Part shown: positions 51,701-62,990 of the stretch, one piece after another
Layout: each line of letters starts with the position of its first letter
How positions within the stretch are numbered: position 1 is the first letter of the stretch
Assembly (NCBI GenBank): GCA_964016885.1
Contig: OZ024759.1
Span: 31,620,001 to 31,684,000, forward strand
Length of the DNA: 64,000 bases
Origin: Eledone cirrhosa
Taxonomy: Eukaryota
Direction of reading: 5' to 3'
Program-made: the position numbers and the translations under genes
Notes under the pieces: model-generated
What the model saw: the letters and a program-made list of their open reading frames with translations, nothing else
What the model was told of the DNA's origin: nothing
The model's database searches: none

Positions 51701-53486
51701 CTACTCCATCCTTCCACTCCTGCCAACAACTCCCCTTTATCTATAAAGTTATGTTGGTACCACAACATCCAGTCCAAACTAATGAGGTCGTGTAGGTATC
51801 ACAACAAAAAACACCCAGTCCACGCTGTTATGTGGTTGTATAGGTAACATGGTAAAAAGCTCCCAGTCCACACTGTAAATGTAGTTGGTGTTAGGAAGGG
51901 CATCCAGCCGTAGAAAACCTGCCATATAGTCCTATACAAACAAGACAAGGTCACCCGACCAATCTTGCCTAAAATGGGACAATTCCTGTCTAACCCAGGC
52001 TAGCGTGGAAGATAGACGTTAAACGATGATGATGATGATGAAGTCGATTCGATCGACTTTGCCCTGCCCCCAAAAATTGTTGGCCTTGTGCCTAAATCAG
52101 AAACCGTTATTTACAAAGGAGGTGTTTACAACAAGTGTTCTTGTGGCCATCTCTGCTCAAGCAGGAGTTAGCCTTGAGAGGGCCCCATGACAAGTTTTTC
52201 CATTTTTCCCTATCGTTTGCGCTACCCCGTCACCAATCCCCCTAGCTTTCATTTCCTCCTCCATCATTTTTAGCCAAATGAAGTGTCTCTACTGATTTAG
52301 AAGAGGTTGAGAGAAAATCTCAAAACTCTGAGATGAAGGAAGGCAATGGCTGGAAGGAAGCTGTGCTGGAATAGACCCATCCAAACTACGCAAGCATAGA
52401 AAAGTGATGATGGTGATAGCTGTTTTGTAAGGGAGACCATCACTCTGTACTCTAAGGGGAACAAATTGAGGAAAAGAAAAGGAGCTTATTGTCAAATCTG
52501 TTCAAAGAAATAATTAATGGTCTTTCCATTGGTGATTACTATCAGCCAGTTCCCGCTCATAATCGATACAACCTCGTCAGGGGCTAAATAAAGCTACATA
52601 GGTGTGAGCTGTAACAACAATATGTAGTTTGGTGATAGGACCGGGGGCCCATATCATTAAAACACCTGAGAAACTTCCAAAAAGGCCAGCTAAACTTGTG
52701 TAGGTCTGAGCTGTACCAACAATATATATACGAGGTGGTATCAAAAAGTTTCCGGACTAGTACTGTAACACACCAACAGTTGGCAACACACGGCTGCATG
52801 CGCCAGTGTGTCACCATTTTAACACCGTTGCCGAGATCCAGAGCAAATCGCAGAAGGTCCTCGACTTGTTTACGGAAGACGATTTCCAAGCTGGATTCCA
52901 AAAGTGACAGAAATACTGGGACCTGTGTATATACACAATGACAGGACTGAGGTCTCTATCATTAAAACACCCAAGATTCCTCCTTGGAGTCTAGCTAAAG
53001 CAACATGCTCTCATGTTTCGAATAATATAGTTGCCACACTCCAGGTAACTATATTAATAGTTAATTGTAAATAATAGTTAAATATAATGGATAATGTACC
53101 CCTTTAGTTGAATAATTCATGTAAAGTATCCCTGGCATCTTTGTCCACATTTTCCCATCTCCAAGGATACTTCACCCGATTTATTCAGTTATATATAATT
53201 ATCAAATATTTTTATAGTTATCTTCACTGTGGTGACTATATTTTCTAATTTTTTTCATTATTACATATATTTTTTTCTTTTTAATTTGCAGGAAGCCATT
53301 GTAAAAATTATGAAGATGCGTAAAAAGATCACAAACGCTGCTCTGCAGACCGAATTGGTGGAGATACTGAAGAACATGTTCCTTCCTTCTAAAAAGCTCA
53401 TCAAGGAGCAGATTGAGTGGTTGATTGAACACAAATACATGCGTCGCGATGAAGACAACATCAACTTGTTTATTTACATGGCTTGA
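26379..53486 (+). CDS. CUL5: Cullin-5, 18 coding exons, 778 aa
   Basis: Exons 26379-26393, 30743-30849, 32335-32434, 33090-33272, 33812-33953, 34394-34620, 35644-35737, 36247-36377, 37465-37572, 38117-38181, 38861-38993, 41631-41762, 43691-43817, 46247-46419, 49877-50038, 50762-50880, 51486-51609, 53292-53486. All GT-AG, phases consistent, total 2337 nt. Motifs: QFEEKW..MRP.VLKLLRQE, CPELLANYCDMLLRKT, LKYVQNKDVFMRYHKAHLTRRLIL, neddylation site IMKMRK, C-terminal EWLIEHKYMRRDEDNINLFIYMA. Confidence 0.97.
27493..27676. repeat. Inverted repeat with ~83-bp arms centred on (AT)n
   Basis: ATGCGGTTTCATGTGGTACAGG...CCCTACG-(AT)n-CGCAGGG...TTGTACCACATGAAATCGCAT. Confidence 0.9.
29872..30039. mobile_element. 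TACCGTA-ended (pogo/Tigger-like) MITE; second copy at 42270-42638 interrupted by a SINE
   Basis: TACCGTATTTCCCGGCGCCGAAGACGC ... GCATCTTCGATGCCAGGAAATACAATA imperfect TIRs; the interior is shared with 42270-42638. Confidence 0.65.
30048..30225 (+). mobile_element. RTE-clade LINE 3' fragment
   Basis: LLTAVKRRKLA*FGHV..HDSLCKIVMQGTIEGGRRR matches the RTE C-terminal motif, with an internal stop. Confidence 0.7.
30310..30508. mobile_element. Mariner-like MITE; related termini at about 60243 and 52728
   Basis: TACAAGGGTCGGCAGAAAAGTT ... AACTTTTCAGCCCGCCCACATA imperfect TIRs with TA ends. Confidence 0.55.
31558..32230. mobile_element. TACCGTA-ended non-autonomous DNA transposon with a nested SINE fragment
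   Basis: TACCGTATATACTCGTGT ... ACTTGAGTATATATGGTA TIRs; SINE tail fragment at about 31783-31890. Confidence 0.65.
32567..32705 (+). repeat. ~38-bp tandem repeat, 4 units
   Basis: AACCACACAGCTATACCTGTATCTAAAGCGAACACCTT. Confidence 0.85.
34075..34360 (+). repeat. ~40-bp diverged tandem repeat
   Basis: TTTGTCTAATTAACACTCATTAC.AAAGGG recurs about 7 times. Confidence 0.75.
36940..37430 (+). repeat. Three tandem copies of a ~170-190-bp dispersed repeat (also at about 36700, 58130-58220, and inverted at 19690-19770)
   Basis: GAGTTGCGACCGGTAGATAGTATCAG.AATGGAAAGACCAATGGAAACATTGTTT...GAGTTCCACCCCACTC recurs, separated by (AT)n. Confidence 0.75.
37575..37925 (+). repeat. ~60-bp diverged tandem repeat starting at the CUL5 exon 9 donor
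   Basis: AAGTTTACCAATTCCAC.TTGGTTTCTTCT recurs about 6 times. Confidence 0.75.
39082..39397. repeat. Long inverted repeat, ~148-bp arms and 20-nt spacer
   Basis: 39082-39229 is the near-exact reverse complement of 39250-39397. Confidence 0.92.
39810..41615 (+). repeat. 64-68-bp pyrimidine-rich minisatellite, about 26 units (CUL5 intron 11)
   Basis: Unit CTATATCTATTACTCCCTCTCTCCAAGATGCTATATCTTACTTCCCCT(CG)CTCTCTCTCTACAGTATA; it accounts for the long ORFs at 39924-41643. Confidence 0.95.
41770..42105 (-). mobile_element. CR1 3'-end fragment (same family as 58560-58760), interrupted by a SINE fragment at about 41812-41955
   Basis: (AAT)n-GAAATTATTGTGTAC...GTGCTCAGCTGCACTACAACTCATCAAAGGTGCATG...GATATACATGTG closely matches 58560-58730. 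Confidence 0.75.
43474..43667 (+). mobile_element. tRNA-derived SINE with Nin/Deu-like central domain and (ATT)n tail (representative of many copies)
   Basis: TTGGCAGTATCGGTAGAG...GAGTTCAAATCCCGCCGAGGTTAAC..CCTTTCATCCTTACGGGG.CGAT..AATAAAGTACCAGT...GGCCTTGTGCCAAAAAGTAGAAACA(ATT)n. Other copies or fragments at about 1-110, 4085-4190, 4620-5910, 21545-21722, 23848-24020, 28030-28175, 28710-28915, 29648-29868, 42337-42525, 42790-43025, 43237-43460 and 50917-51070. Confidence 0.8.
44195..44820 (+). repeat. ~46-bp minisatellite; second array at 45325-45625
   Basis: Unit GTGTATTTTATTGTGGCACCAGCACTACCACCTTACAGAGTGGAGTG, about 13 copies, plus about 6 copies in the second array. Confidence 0.9.
46545..49810 (+). 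repeat. 70-72-bp minisatellite, about 40 homogeneous units plus degenerate edges (CUL5 intron 14)
   Basis: Unit AGTCACATAACAATCTACCTTTGCTCTCTCTCCAGTCATATATCTATCAATCAATCCTTGATCTCTCTCT. Confidence 0.95.
50240..50570 (+). mobile_element. Tc1/mariner-superfamily transposase remnant (CUL5 intron 15)
   Basis: Degenerate translation FMKDGDSPYFAHAVHDWFNVQFPGHWLGR*SPHEWPARSPDLMPC...WGWPKEEVY..KPKTLNQLK matches the QDGAP.H...WP.RSPDL.P.D..WG..K..VY catalytic C-terminus; stops and a frameshift are present. Confidence 0.8.
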
Positions 53487-54263
53487 GAAACATTAAGATA
53501 TAAATGGCCTGGAGTTACGCCATGTTCTACTGCAACCACCAACACCACCACCTCTCTTTCGGTGCCTGCTGTCCCTGTCCCCTTCCTCCAACAATTTCTC
53601 AAACTATTACCATCCTTTCTTCCTTATCTACCTACTTACCTGTTTGCAATGCCAGCCTTTACCTGCCTCTTGTTAACTTCATCTCACCTGTTCACTGGCT
53701 ATTATATATATATATATAAAAAAAAAATGAAATGTCCAATTGTTAATTGTCAGATTAAAAAAAAAAATGAAAAGAAAACAAAAAAAAAACTAGGGAAAAT
53801 GTACTGAAATATTAATAATGGCCAGGAGTATGCCATGTTTCAACCACCACCACCACCACCACCTCTTCCACCACCGTCACCTCAGTTTGGGTGTCTGCTG
53901 CCCATCCCATCCCATCCCATCCCATCCCATCCCATCCCATCCCTTCCATCTCTACCAACAATTCCTTAACCATCCTTTCTGCCTATCTATATCTACCTAC
54001 TTATCTGTTTTGCAATGCCAGCCTGTCCCTGCCTCTTGTTGACTTCATCAAACCCCTGTTCACTGGCATATTGAAATGTCCAACTGTCTGTTGTCAGACA
54101 ACAAAAAAAAAAAGTAACGAAAACAAGACAAAAAATTAATCATTGCAGTTTTTTTATATTTTTTTTTTCTGCTCTTCTGTAAAATTACTATTAATACCCC
54201 TGTTTTTTTTGTTTTTTTTTCTATTTCCATATGTATGTATATAAATGTGTGTATGGGTGTAGC

Positions 54264-54310
<47 letters not shown>

Positions 54311-54351
54311 GTGTACATGTGCATAAATATATATATATGTATGTGTGTGTG

Positions 54352-54387
<36 letters not shown>

Positions 54388-55105
54388 GCATGGATGTGTG
54401 TGTGTGTGTATTTATATATATGTATATATAGACACGCATACATATTCAAATATGTATATACAAATATGTATGCATGTGTATATAATTTTAATTTATTCCC
54501 TTTTCTTTATATATACACATATAATATATATTATATCTGTATATGTATAATGTAAACCAGAAATTATATTTTTTATCTTTTGAAAGTTAGAGAGAAAATA
54601 TGTAAATTTCTATACTTGTAATATTTTTATGTCTTTTTTTTTTTTTTTTAGCTTTTTTCTCTTTTTGTTTTCTTTTTTTTTTATTTGTAAAAAACAAAAA
54701 CAAAACAAAAACAATGCATAGTTTTGTACAGAAACACTCCCACCCACTACCACCACCACCCACACACACCCTACTCTGCCCTGCTGCTCTGTAACCTTCT
54801 TAACTTTTTACTGAGTCTTTTCCATCACCACCACCTACTCTATCACACCTTATATTGGCCAGTTTTTTTTTGTTTTTTTTTTAATTTTATTTTAGCCTCG
54901 CCTTGTTCCACAAAATCCAAGCCATGCCATGCCATGCCATGCCATACCACATGCCATTATTCTCAGACCCCTACTTTCTCTCTCTCTCTCTAGTCATCCA
55001 CCCTCGCAACACATGCTTCTTCCTTCCAACATACGTCCTGCATCTTCGTTCTCTTCATTTCGGAGGACAACTGCATTTCTTTGCTGCCCTCTTTGCCTTG
55101 ACCTC

Positions 55106-55143
<38 letters not shown>

Positions 55144-55730
55144 CACTTAAAATATATATGCCCATGACCCTTGGATATTATTTAAGGTAACAAATAAAAC
55201 AAAGTTAATTGTGGGGCTCCCTGGCTGTTGTCCAGTCAGTCACTTTTCAACCCTAAATCTGCCATTAACACAACACCCTCTGGAATCAGTTTTGACATCT
55301 CTGGCTACTTCCAAGGTTGTTGATGATGTCACTCTTTGAACTGAACTAGTCTGAACTTGATTGGAGTGGTCAAAACTGGAATGGGTTGGACTGGACTGGA
55401 TTTGCTTTGGCTGGACTATTCAGGTTTGGTCTGGATTTGGCTGGTCTGGGCTGACCTAACCTGGAACAGGTCCCTTGGGCTTTAGCTTGCCATTCCTCAT
55501 CCCTTATAACTTCACACACCACACACATGCCACTACCTCCTGCAACCCTCCATCCACCTACCTACACACCCTTACAGCCCACTGGTCAACAAATGACCCA
55601 CTGTTGCCCTGCCCAGCAAGGATCATGACTCACGGTAAAGACGGCAGTAAACAACTTTGGAAGAGAACAAATCAGAAAAGTAATGAATTTATATATATAT
55701 ATATACATACATACATATACATATATATAT

Positions 55731-55793
<63 letters not shown>

Positions 55794-55973
55794 CATATAC
55801 ATACATATATATATACACGCATATATATATATATATGCATGCTCATACATATATGTACACAAATATGTATATATTTATATGCGTGTGTATATATGTATAT
55901 ATATATACACATATTTATATGTATGTATATGTATATATATATATATACACATTTATGTGTGTGTGTATGTATG

Positions 55974-56012
<39 letters not shown>

Positions 56013-56426
56013 TTATATATGTGTGTGTATGTATGTATATGTATATATACATACATACATACACACACACATTTATGTGTGTGGTGTGTGTATGTATATA
56101 TATAGATATAGATATATATATATATGTATACATATGTCTGTGTAAATATATATAATATACGTGTGTGTATGATACATCTATGTGTGTGTGTAATATAATT
56201 GTGTATGTATAAATATCTGGTCCTTTTTACTATCAGATTGTTAAGTTCGTCAGAACGAAAGATGCGTGAATCAGAGTTATTGTCAGCTAAATTCTGCCAA
56301 ACATAACCATCAGATATGACAACTGTGAGGATCTTACACAAGTATATAGACACGCAAAAATATGTATATATATATATATATATACACACTCTGGTATTGA
56401 GTACTTTTCTCTCAGTTATCAATCAC

Positions 56427-56468
<42 letters not shown>

Positions 56469-56651
56469 GTGTGTTTGTGTATGTGTATGTATGTATATAT
56501 ATACATATATGTGTGTGTGTGTGTGTGTGAATGTCTGTGTGTTTATGATTTGTGTCTAGTTTTCAACATGTCTCTATATACATTCACACATTTTTATATG
56601 TATTATGTATGTATAAAGATATATACACATACATCTACATGTGTGTATGTG

Positions 56652-56686
<35 letters not shown>

Positions 56687-58559
56687 GCATATTCATATAT
56701 GTCTGTATATATTCATATACATACACACACATGCGTACATACATAATCTGTGTATACATTGCTGTATGTACACTCACTATTCATGTATGAACCCCTGTTT
56801 ATATTATATATGTGTATATATAAACAATACAACAAAAAATCTTGTAAACGTTTTATTTAATTAAAATCCAGTATTTTCTTCGTTGACTAAAACATCTAGA
56901 AGTCTCTCTACCTGAGAAAAAAGATGTCCATGTATGGTTATAATTAATATAATTAATTAATAATTAATAGATGAAACATTGAAATTATCTCTTCGTTTTT
57001 TCTTTATTTCATCATCATCGTTTAATGTCCGTTTTCCATCTGAGCTACTGACCTCTCTGACAAGATCACGTCTTGCTTTTATATGTTCTCGAACTATACA
57101 GAGTACACTGGGTACATGGTTTTGTATATATGTCGTAGCGTTAACTCAACATCCCGTCATGATTTTGCACAAAATATCTAAAAACTGGTTTGTTATTCAA
57201 ATCCTCATATCTTTACTAGAGGACAGATTGTTGTGAAAATTTGCTGCAATAATTTTAGCAAAAAATATCTAAAACTGTGTTTGTTAATTCACATCTTCAT
57301 AATATCTTTATTAGGGGAAGAGATTGTTGTGAAAATGTTCTCCAAATATAATACTTCTACCATATGGTTGGTGTTAGGAAGGGCATCCAGCCATAGAAAA
57401 CCTGCTAGAAACAGTTCTGTATGAGCGAGACATGGTCACCTTACCAATCTTGCCTCAAGTTGGACAAACCCATACAACCCATGCTAATGTGGAGATGGAC
57501 ATTAAACGATGATGATAATATATATTACTCTGTTGTGTGTTCCAGCCAACTGGCTGATGCCATGCTGGAACACCGCATTTAAAAAAAAAAATATATATAT
57601 ATAATAATATTGTAGGCAGCACGGTAAAAAAGTACCCAGTACTCACTGTAAATGAGGTTGGTATTGGGAAGGGCACTCAGCTGTAGAAATCAAGCCAAAA
57701 TCAGTTCCTGTATGGGCAAGACAAGGTCACCCGACCTGGCATTGCCCACAACAGGACAACCCGTCTATAACCCATCTTTGTGTGGAAGAATGGATGTAAA
57801 ACAGTGATGATATATATATATTGCTTGTGAAGGCCCATGACTTAGTAGTTAGAGCGTCGAGCTTACAATCATGAGGCTGTGAGTTAGATTCTTGGACCAG
57901 ACTTTGCGTTGTGTTCTGGAGCAAAACATTTTATTTTCAGTTCACTCAGCTGTAGAAATGAGTTGCCAAGCTATATCAGCCATTGCCTTTCCCTTAGTGG
58001 CATAGAAAGAGGAGAGTGGTATGAATGGGGGATTGCTGGTCTTCTGGATTTGTGCCGTAGAGGGGAACTTTCTAGCTGCAAATCCCAAGGATAATTAAGA
58101 AAAAATACTACCCGGATTAAGCGACCTGGAGATTGGAAAGACCAATAGAAACAGTGTTTACTAGGTCCGATTTGATGAGCTCCACCCCACTTGTAAAGCG
58201 AATGAGGTGAGATCTTAACAAACACCCAAGCCGAACCTGCTTGGCGCTGTGGTCATGATTTTACCTATCTCTATACCAACTCTACATCTACCCATGTTTC
58301 GGGTACTCACATGATTAGCGCTATCCATCTCTCTCTCTCTCTATATATATATATAGTAATAATAATAAATGTGAAGACTAAAATCCGAAGAGGGCTCAAT
58401 AAGGATAATATTTATATATATATATTAATAATAATATATGTAGTAATAAACACAGTAAATTGTATGTGTATTTATAGTATTTATACTTTGGGCTTGTTAA
58501 TTACAGGGTATCAATATGAGTTATTAACTCTGCCTTTTATTTGTATATATATATATATA

Positions 58560-59823
58560 ATAATAATAATAATAATGAAATTATTGTGTAAAGTGCTCAG
58601 GTGCACTACAACTCGTCAAAGGTGCATGTATAGTACATAGAATAATACACAAATGTCAGGGAAGTGAATAGTGTATGTGTCATGATATACATGTGTGTAT
58701 GTATATGGAGGGGGAACATTAGGTGTAATGTTGGCGAATCTCAGGAAGCATGGAGGCCTTAAAAGATGCAGTGTCTCGACAGCTAACAACCGATGCAGGT
58801 AGTTTGTTCCATGCTTCAGCAACTGAGCGTGAAAAAATGTTTCCGAAAGTCATGGGAACTGTACTGTTTTCTGACTTTGTGGGCATGCCCACGTGTGTTA
58901 GACACATGGAAATCAAAAAGATACTCAGGGTTGTTGTTGGCAAGATGGTTAACAATTTTGTGGGTGTTTACCAAGTCAGTTGCCAGGCGTTGGAGCTTCA
59001 ATGTATCCATGCCCAGGGAAGCAAGGCGCTCAGAGTATGGTAGATGCCTGATGGAGGCTATTTGCTTGGTTGCACGTCTCTGAACAGTTTCCAGGCAGTC
59101 AATGTTCTGAGCAAGATAGGGGTTCCAGACCGGTGATGCAAATTCTAAGTGTGGCCGCACTATAGCCATGTACAGCCTTAAATAGATAGCTGGAGAGCGG
59201 CTGACAAAGGTCTTGACAATTTTAGAGATGTGCTTCGTCCAATGCAAATCGCTGCTGACCGTAATGCCCAGGTCACGTTCACAAGAAGACTTCTTGATAT
59301 TAGTGCTGTGGAGGGAGTATGTGGACGGTGGGTTTTTACTCCCAAAATGCATAGTGGTGCACTTGTCCACAGCTAGCTTGACTTGCCAGTCTGAGTTCCA
59401 TTGTTGCATTGTGTTCAGGTCAGACTGCAAGCAAGATCTATAGTATTCAGGATCTGTCCTTTTTATCTCAAGGTATAGCTTGATGTCATCTGCATATTTC
59501 AGTACTGTGGCATTCTTTAAGTTGGCATCTATGTCATTAATATATGCCACAAACAAAAGGGGGGCAAGAACAGATCCCTGTGGTACACCAGATGACATCT
59601 CATATGGTGAGGAATGCTGTCCCAAAACTGTGACTACCTCTCTTCGACTGAGAATGATGGACTTCAACCAGTTAAAAAGATCATCCTTCACGCCCATTGC
59701 AGAGAGTTTTTCCATAAGCCTTTTGTGTGGCACAGAATTGAAAACTTTCGCAAAGTCAAGGTAAACAACATCCACCCATGAGCCGCCATCAGTGATCCGG
59801 GTGATGTCTTCAAGAAACTCGGT
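58560..59823 (-). mobile_element. 5'-truncated CR1-clade LINE (RT domain to 3' UTR and (ATT)n tail)
   Basis: Translation has VDVVYLDFAK.F..VPH, SGVPQGSVLAPLLF, YADD, ERDLGI, VRPHLEFASPVW.P, LE.VQRRATK. A frameshift near 58820 leads to AWNKLP, with the stop at 58719. The 3' UTR ends in GTGCACCTGAGCAC...(ATT)n. Confidence 0.88.
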
Positions 59824-61165
59824 AATATATATATACACACACACACATATATGTAGGTTTCCAGATTGAGGTATGGGTAACCATAGTTAAAAAAGATACG
59901 TTGGTAGAGTACAGGTATCTATGTTATATATATATAAATTTTTTTATAATTTAGAAAGAATAAAAATATATTTTAAAAAATGAGGGCATGGGGCCCTAAT
60001 TTACAGGTAAGTCCAGCACTTCTACAGCCCGATGCTCTTTCTAACACCTACCACTCTGACAGATGATCGCAGATAAACAATAGCATTATGGTGGTGGTGG
60101 TGGTGAGGAGCAAAAAGAGGAGAATATATGGGGAGGGTGTTAGAAGCTGTTGACTCTTTAAGCTGACAGCTCAATGTCATAACATCTCAGATATGTTCTA
60201 CCTTCTCACTTTTCTTAACAACACAAATGCTGTAGTCTACTGTATGAGGGCCGGCTGAAAAGTTAATAGACTGACTAATAACTAACCCTTTAGCATTTAA
60301 ACCGGCCAGAATTCCTCTTTCTGTTCAAACCGGCTGTAACTGGCTACTCATACTGATGTTAAGGTATTGTTCTCAAAATAAATAATATCAAAATCTCATA
60401 GATTCGATATTATGTGAGATAGTCTTTACTGTGAAAATATAATAGTATATATAGAATAACGTAAATGTTAAAGGGTTAATGATTAATAATTTTAGTAAAT
60501 CTTTTACGAATTAATTTAAATAGAATGTTTTTCATTAGAAATATGGTCACAAAAGAGTTATTAAGGGCCAAAACACTCACTTGAGAGGGAGGTTTCTTCC
60601 CTAACAACCTTCTGCTTTCCAGCCCTTCTAAGGGCTGAAACACTCGCTTGAGAGGCAAGTTTCTTCTCTGAAGACATTCTGCTGCCCAGCTCTCCTGAGA
60701 GTTTCTTACCACCTAACAACACAAATATTAGAAGCTATAATTACTGAAAGAAGCCCAAGTAATTATAGATTTGATTAATATATATATATATTAATGACAG
60801 GAGAGGTGTAAATAAAACTATTTCCTGTACTTCCTGAAGCAATTAAAGTGTGAATAATACCTTTATTATTTATTATAATGTGGTTGTGTAAATACACTAG
60901 TATGTGGTTATATATGACCCACATATATTATCGTCATTGTTTTAACATCTGCTTTCTCTGCTAATGAGGATTGGAGAGGTTTGGTATGGTATGTATCCAT
61001 AACTCCTGAGGAGTCGTAGGGGCCAAAATTTCAACTAACTGTATCCCATACCAGACGATGTACACACAGCACCAAATATGGGTATTGACCAATCAGTGCA
61101 CACTCCCAACCATGCTTGCACTCACACACATACAACAGGCACATACACACACACACACACATATA

Positions 61166-61340
61166 CATCATCATCATCATCATTTTACGTCTGCTTTTCC
61201 CTGCTTGCAAGGGTTGGACGGGTCCTATTCAGCACAGCATCTCTCCAGCCATCTCCTCCGTGAGTTTTAGTGATCTGAGGTCTGCTCGCACCACCTCCGC
61301 CCATGTTTTTCGTGGTCTACCTCTACTGTGTCTTCCCTCC
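61166..61340 (-). mobile_element. RTE 3' terminus with (GAT)n tail; inverted sister copy at 61732-61885
   Basis: Minus strand encodes GRPRKTWAEVVRADLRSLKLTEEM, then RDAVLNRTRPTLASREK, then (GAT)n. Confidence 0.7.
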
Positions 61341-61853
61341 TTACATATCATCATCATTTCATTTTACGTCCGCTTTTTCCCTGCTTGCAAGGGTGGGACG
61401 GGAACTGATTCTGGCTTGATTTCTACAGCTGGATGCCCTTTCTAACACCAACCTCATTTACAGTGAGTGCTGGGTGCTTTTTTGCCGTGGCACCTCTACG
61501 ACCACTTTGCAGTGGAATGATAGGGACCCCAGTCCTATCATCTCATTTCTACAGCTGAGTAAACTGGAGCAATGTGAAATAAAGTGTCTTGTTCAAGGAA
61601 ACAACACATCACCCGGTCTGAGAATTGAACTCACAACCTTTCGATTGCAAGGCCAATGCTCTAACCACTAAGCCATGTGCCTCCATATATAAAAAATATA
61701 CACACACACATATAAATATATATATATATAAAGAGAACAGACCTCAGATCATTGAAGCTCACGGTGGAGATGACGAGGGACCGTGACGAGTGGAGAGATG
61801 CTGTGCTGAATAAGACCCGTCCCACCCTTGCAAGCAGGGAAAAGCGGACGTAA

Positions 61854-61886
<33 letters not shown>

Positions 61887-62251
61887 AAAAGCACCCAGTA
61901 CTCACTGTAAATGAGGTTGGTGTTAGGAAGGGCATCCAGCTGTAGAAATCAAGCCAGAATCAGTTCCCGTCCCACACTTTCAAGCAGGGAAAAAGCGGAT
62001 GTAAAATGATGATGATGGAATTTCTAACTTACTTCTTAACATTGTACAATACAAAGAGGTGGTACAGTTAATATCTCAACAATCACATTAGGCCGAACTA
62101 CTTCTACTGTGATGGATGACACTTGAGAAAACAGACTCCACCCATGACAATCCCCACAACCCTCTCTCACCATAATCACCTACTACCCACCACCACAGGC
62201 ACTACTGTTTAAATATAACAATACAAAGATAAATGATTTTCAAGGCAAGCA

Positions 62252-62330
62252 ATGTTTATATGTGTGAAGATTTGTACATGTGTGTGTGTGAGAGTATGTG
62301 TTTATCTATATATGTATGTCTCTCTCTCTC

Positions 62331-62364
<34 letters not shown>

Positions 62365-62431
62365 CATACATATATAGATAAACACATACTCTCACACACA
62401 CACATGTACAAATCTTCACACATATAAACAT
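62252..62431. repeat. Perfect inverted repeat, ~80-bp arms centred on (CT)n(AT)n(AG)n
   Basis: ATGTTTATATGTGTGAAGATTTGTACATG... is mirrored exactly by ...CATGTACAAATCTTCACACATATAAACAT. Confidence 0.9.
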
Positions 62432-62947
62432 CATCATCATCATCATCATCATCGTTTAACGTCCGTGTTCCACGCTTGCATGGGTTTAGATGGGAGTTTT
62501 CCCACTTGAGGCAAGAGTGGTTGTCTTGCTCGCATAGGACTGTCTGGCGGGTTTTCTACAGCTGGATGCCCTTCCTAACACCAACCACATTTACAGTGTG
62601 GGGCTGGGAGGTTTTTACCGTGTTGCCTACACGGCCACATTACAGCGTGGACTGTGTGTTTTTTTGTCGTGACACCTACTACACGATCTCATTTGTTTCG
62701 GCCTGGATATTGTGGCACCAACATAACTTTACATTGAAAGGGGCGGTTCGGATGAGGTGGGGGGGGTGGGACGGGGGTGTATTTTGTTAGAGATGCCTAC
62801 TGACTGTAGTAGGTTTTACTTTGTATTTAGGTAAGGCGGGTCTTCTCTATTACTAAGTACTGCCAAAGGTCTCGGTCCAGTGACATTGTCTTGGAGAGGT
62901 GTAAGTGTTTGAGGTCGGAATTTATCAGCTCGTCCCATATATATATC

Positions 62948-62990
<43 letters not shown>

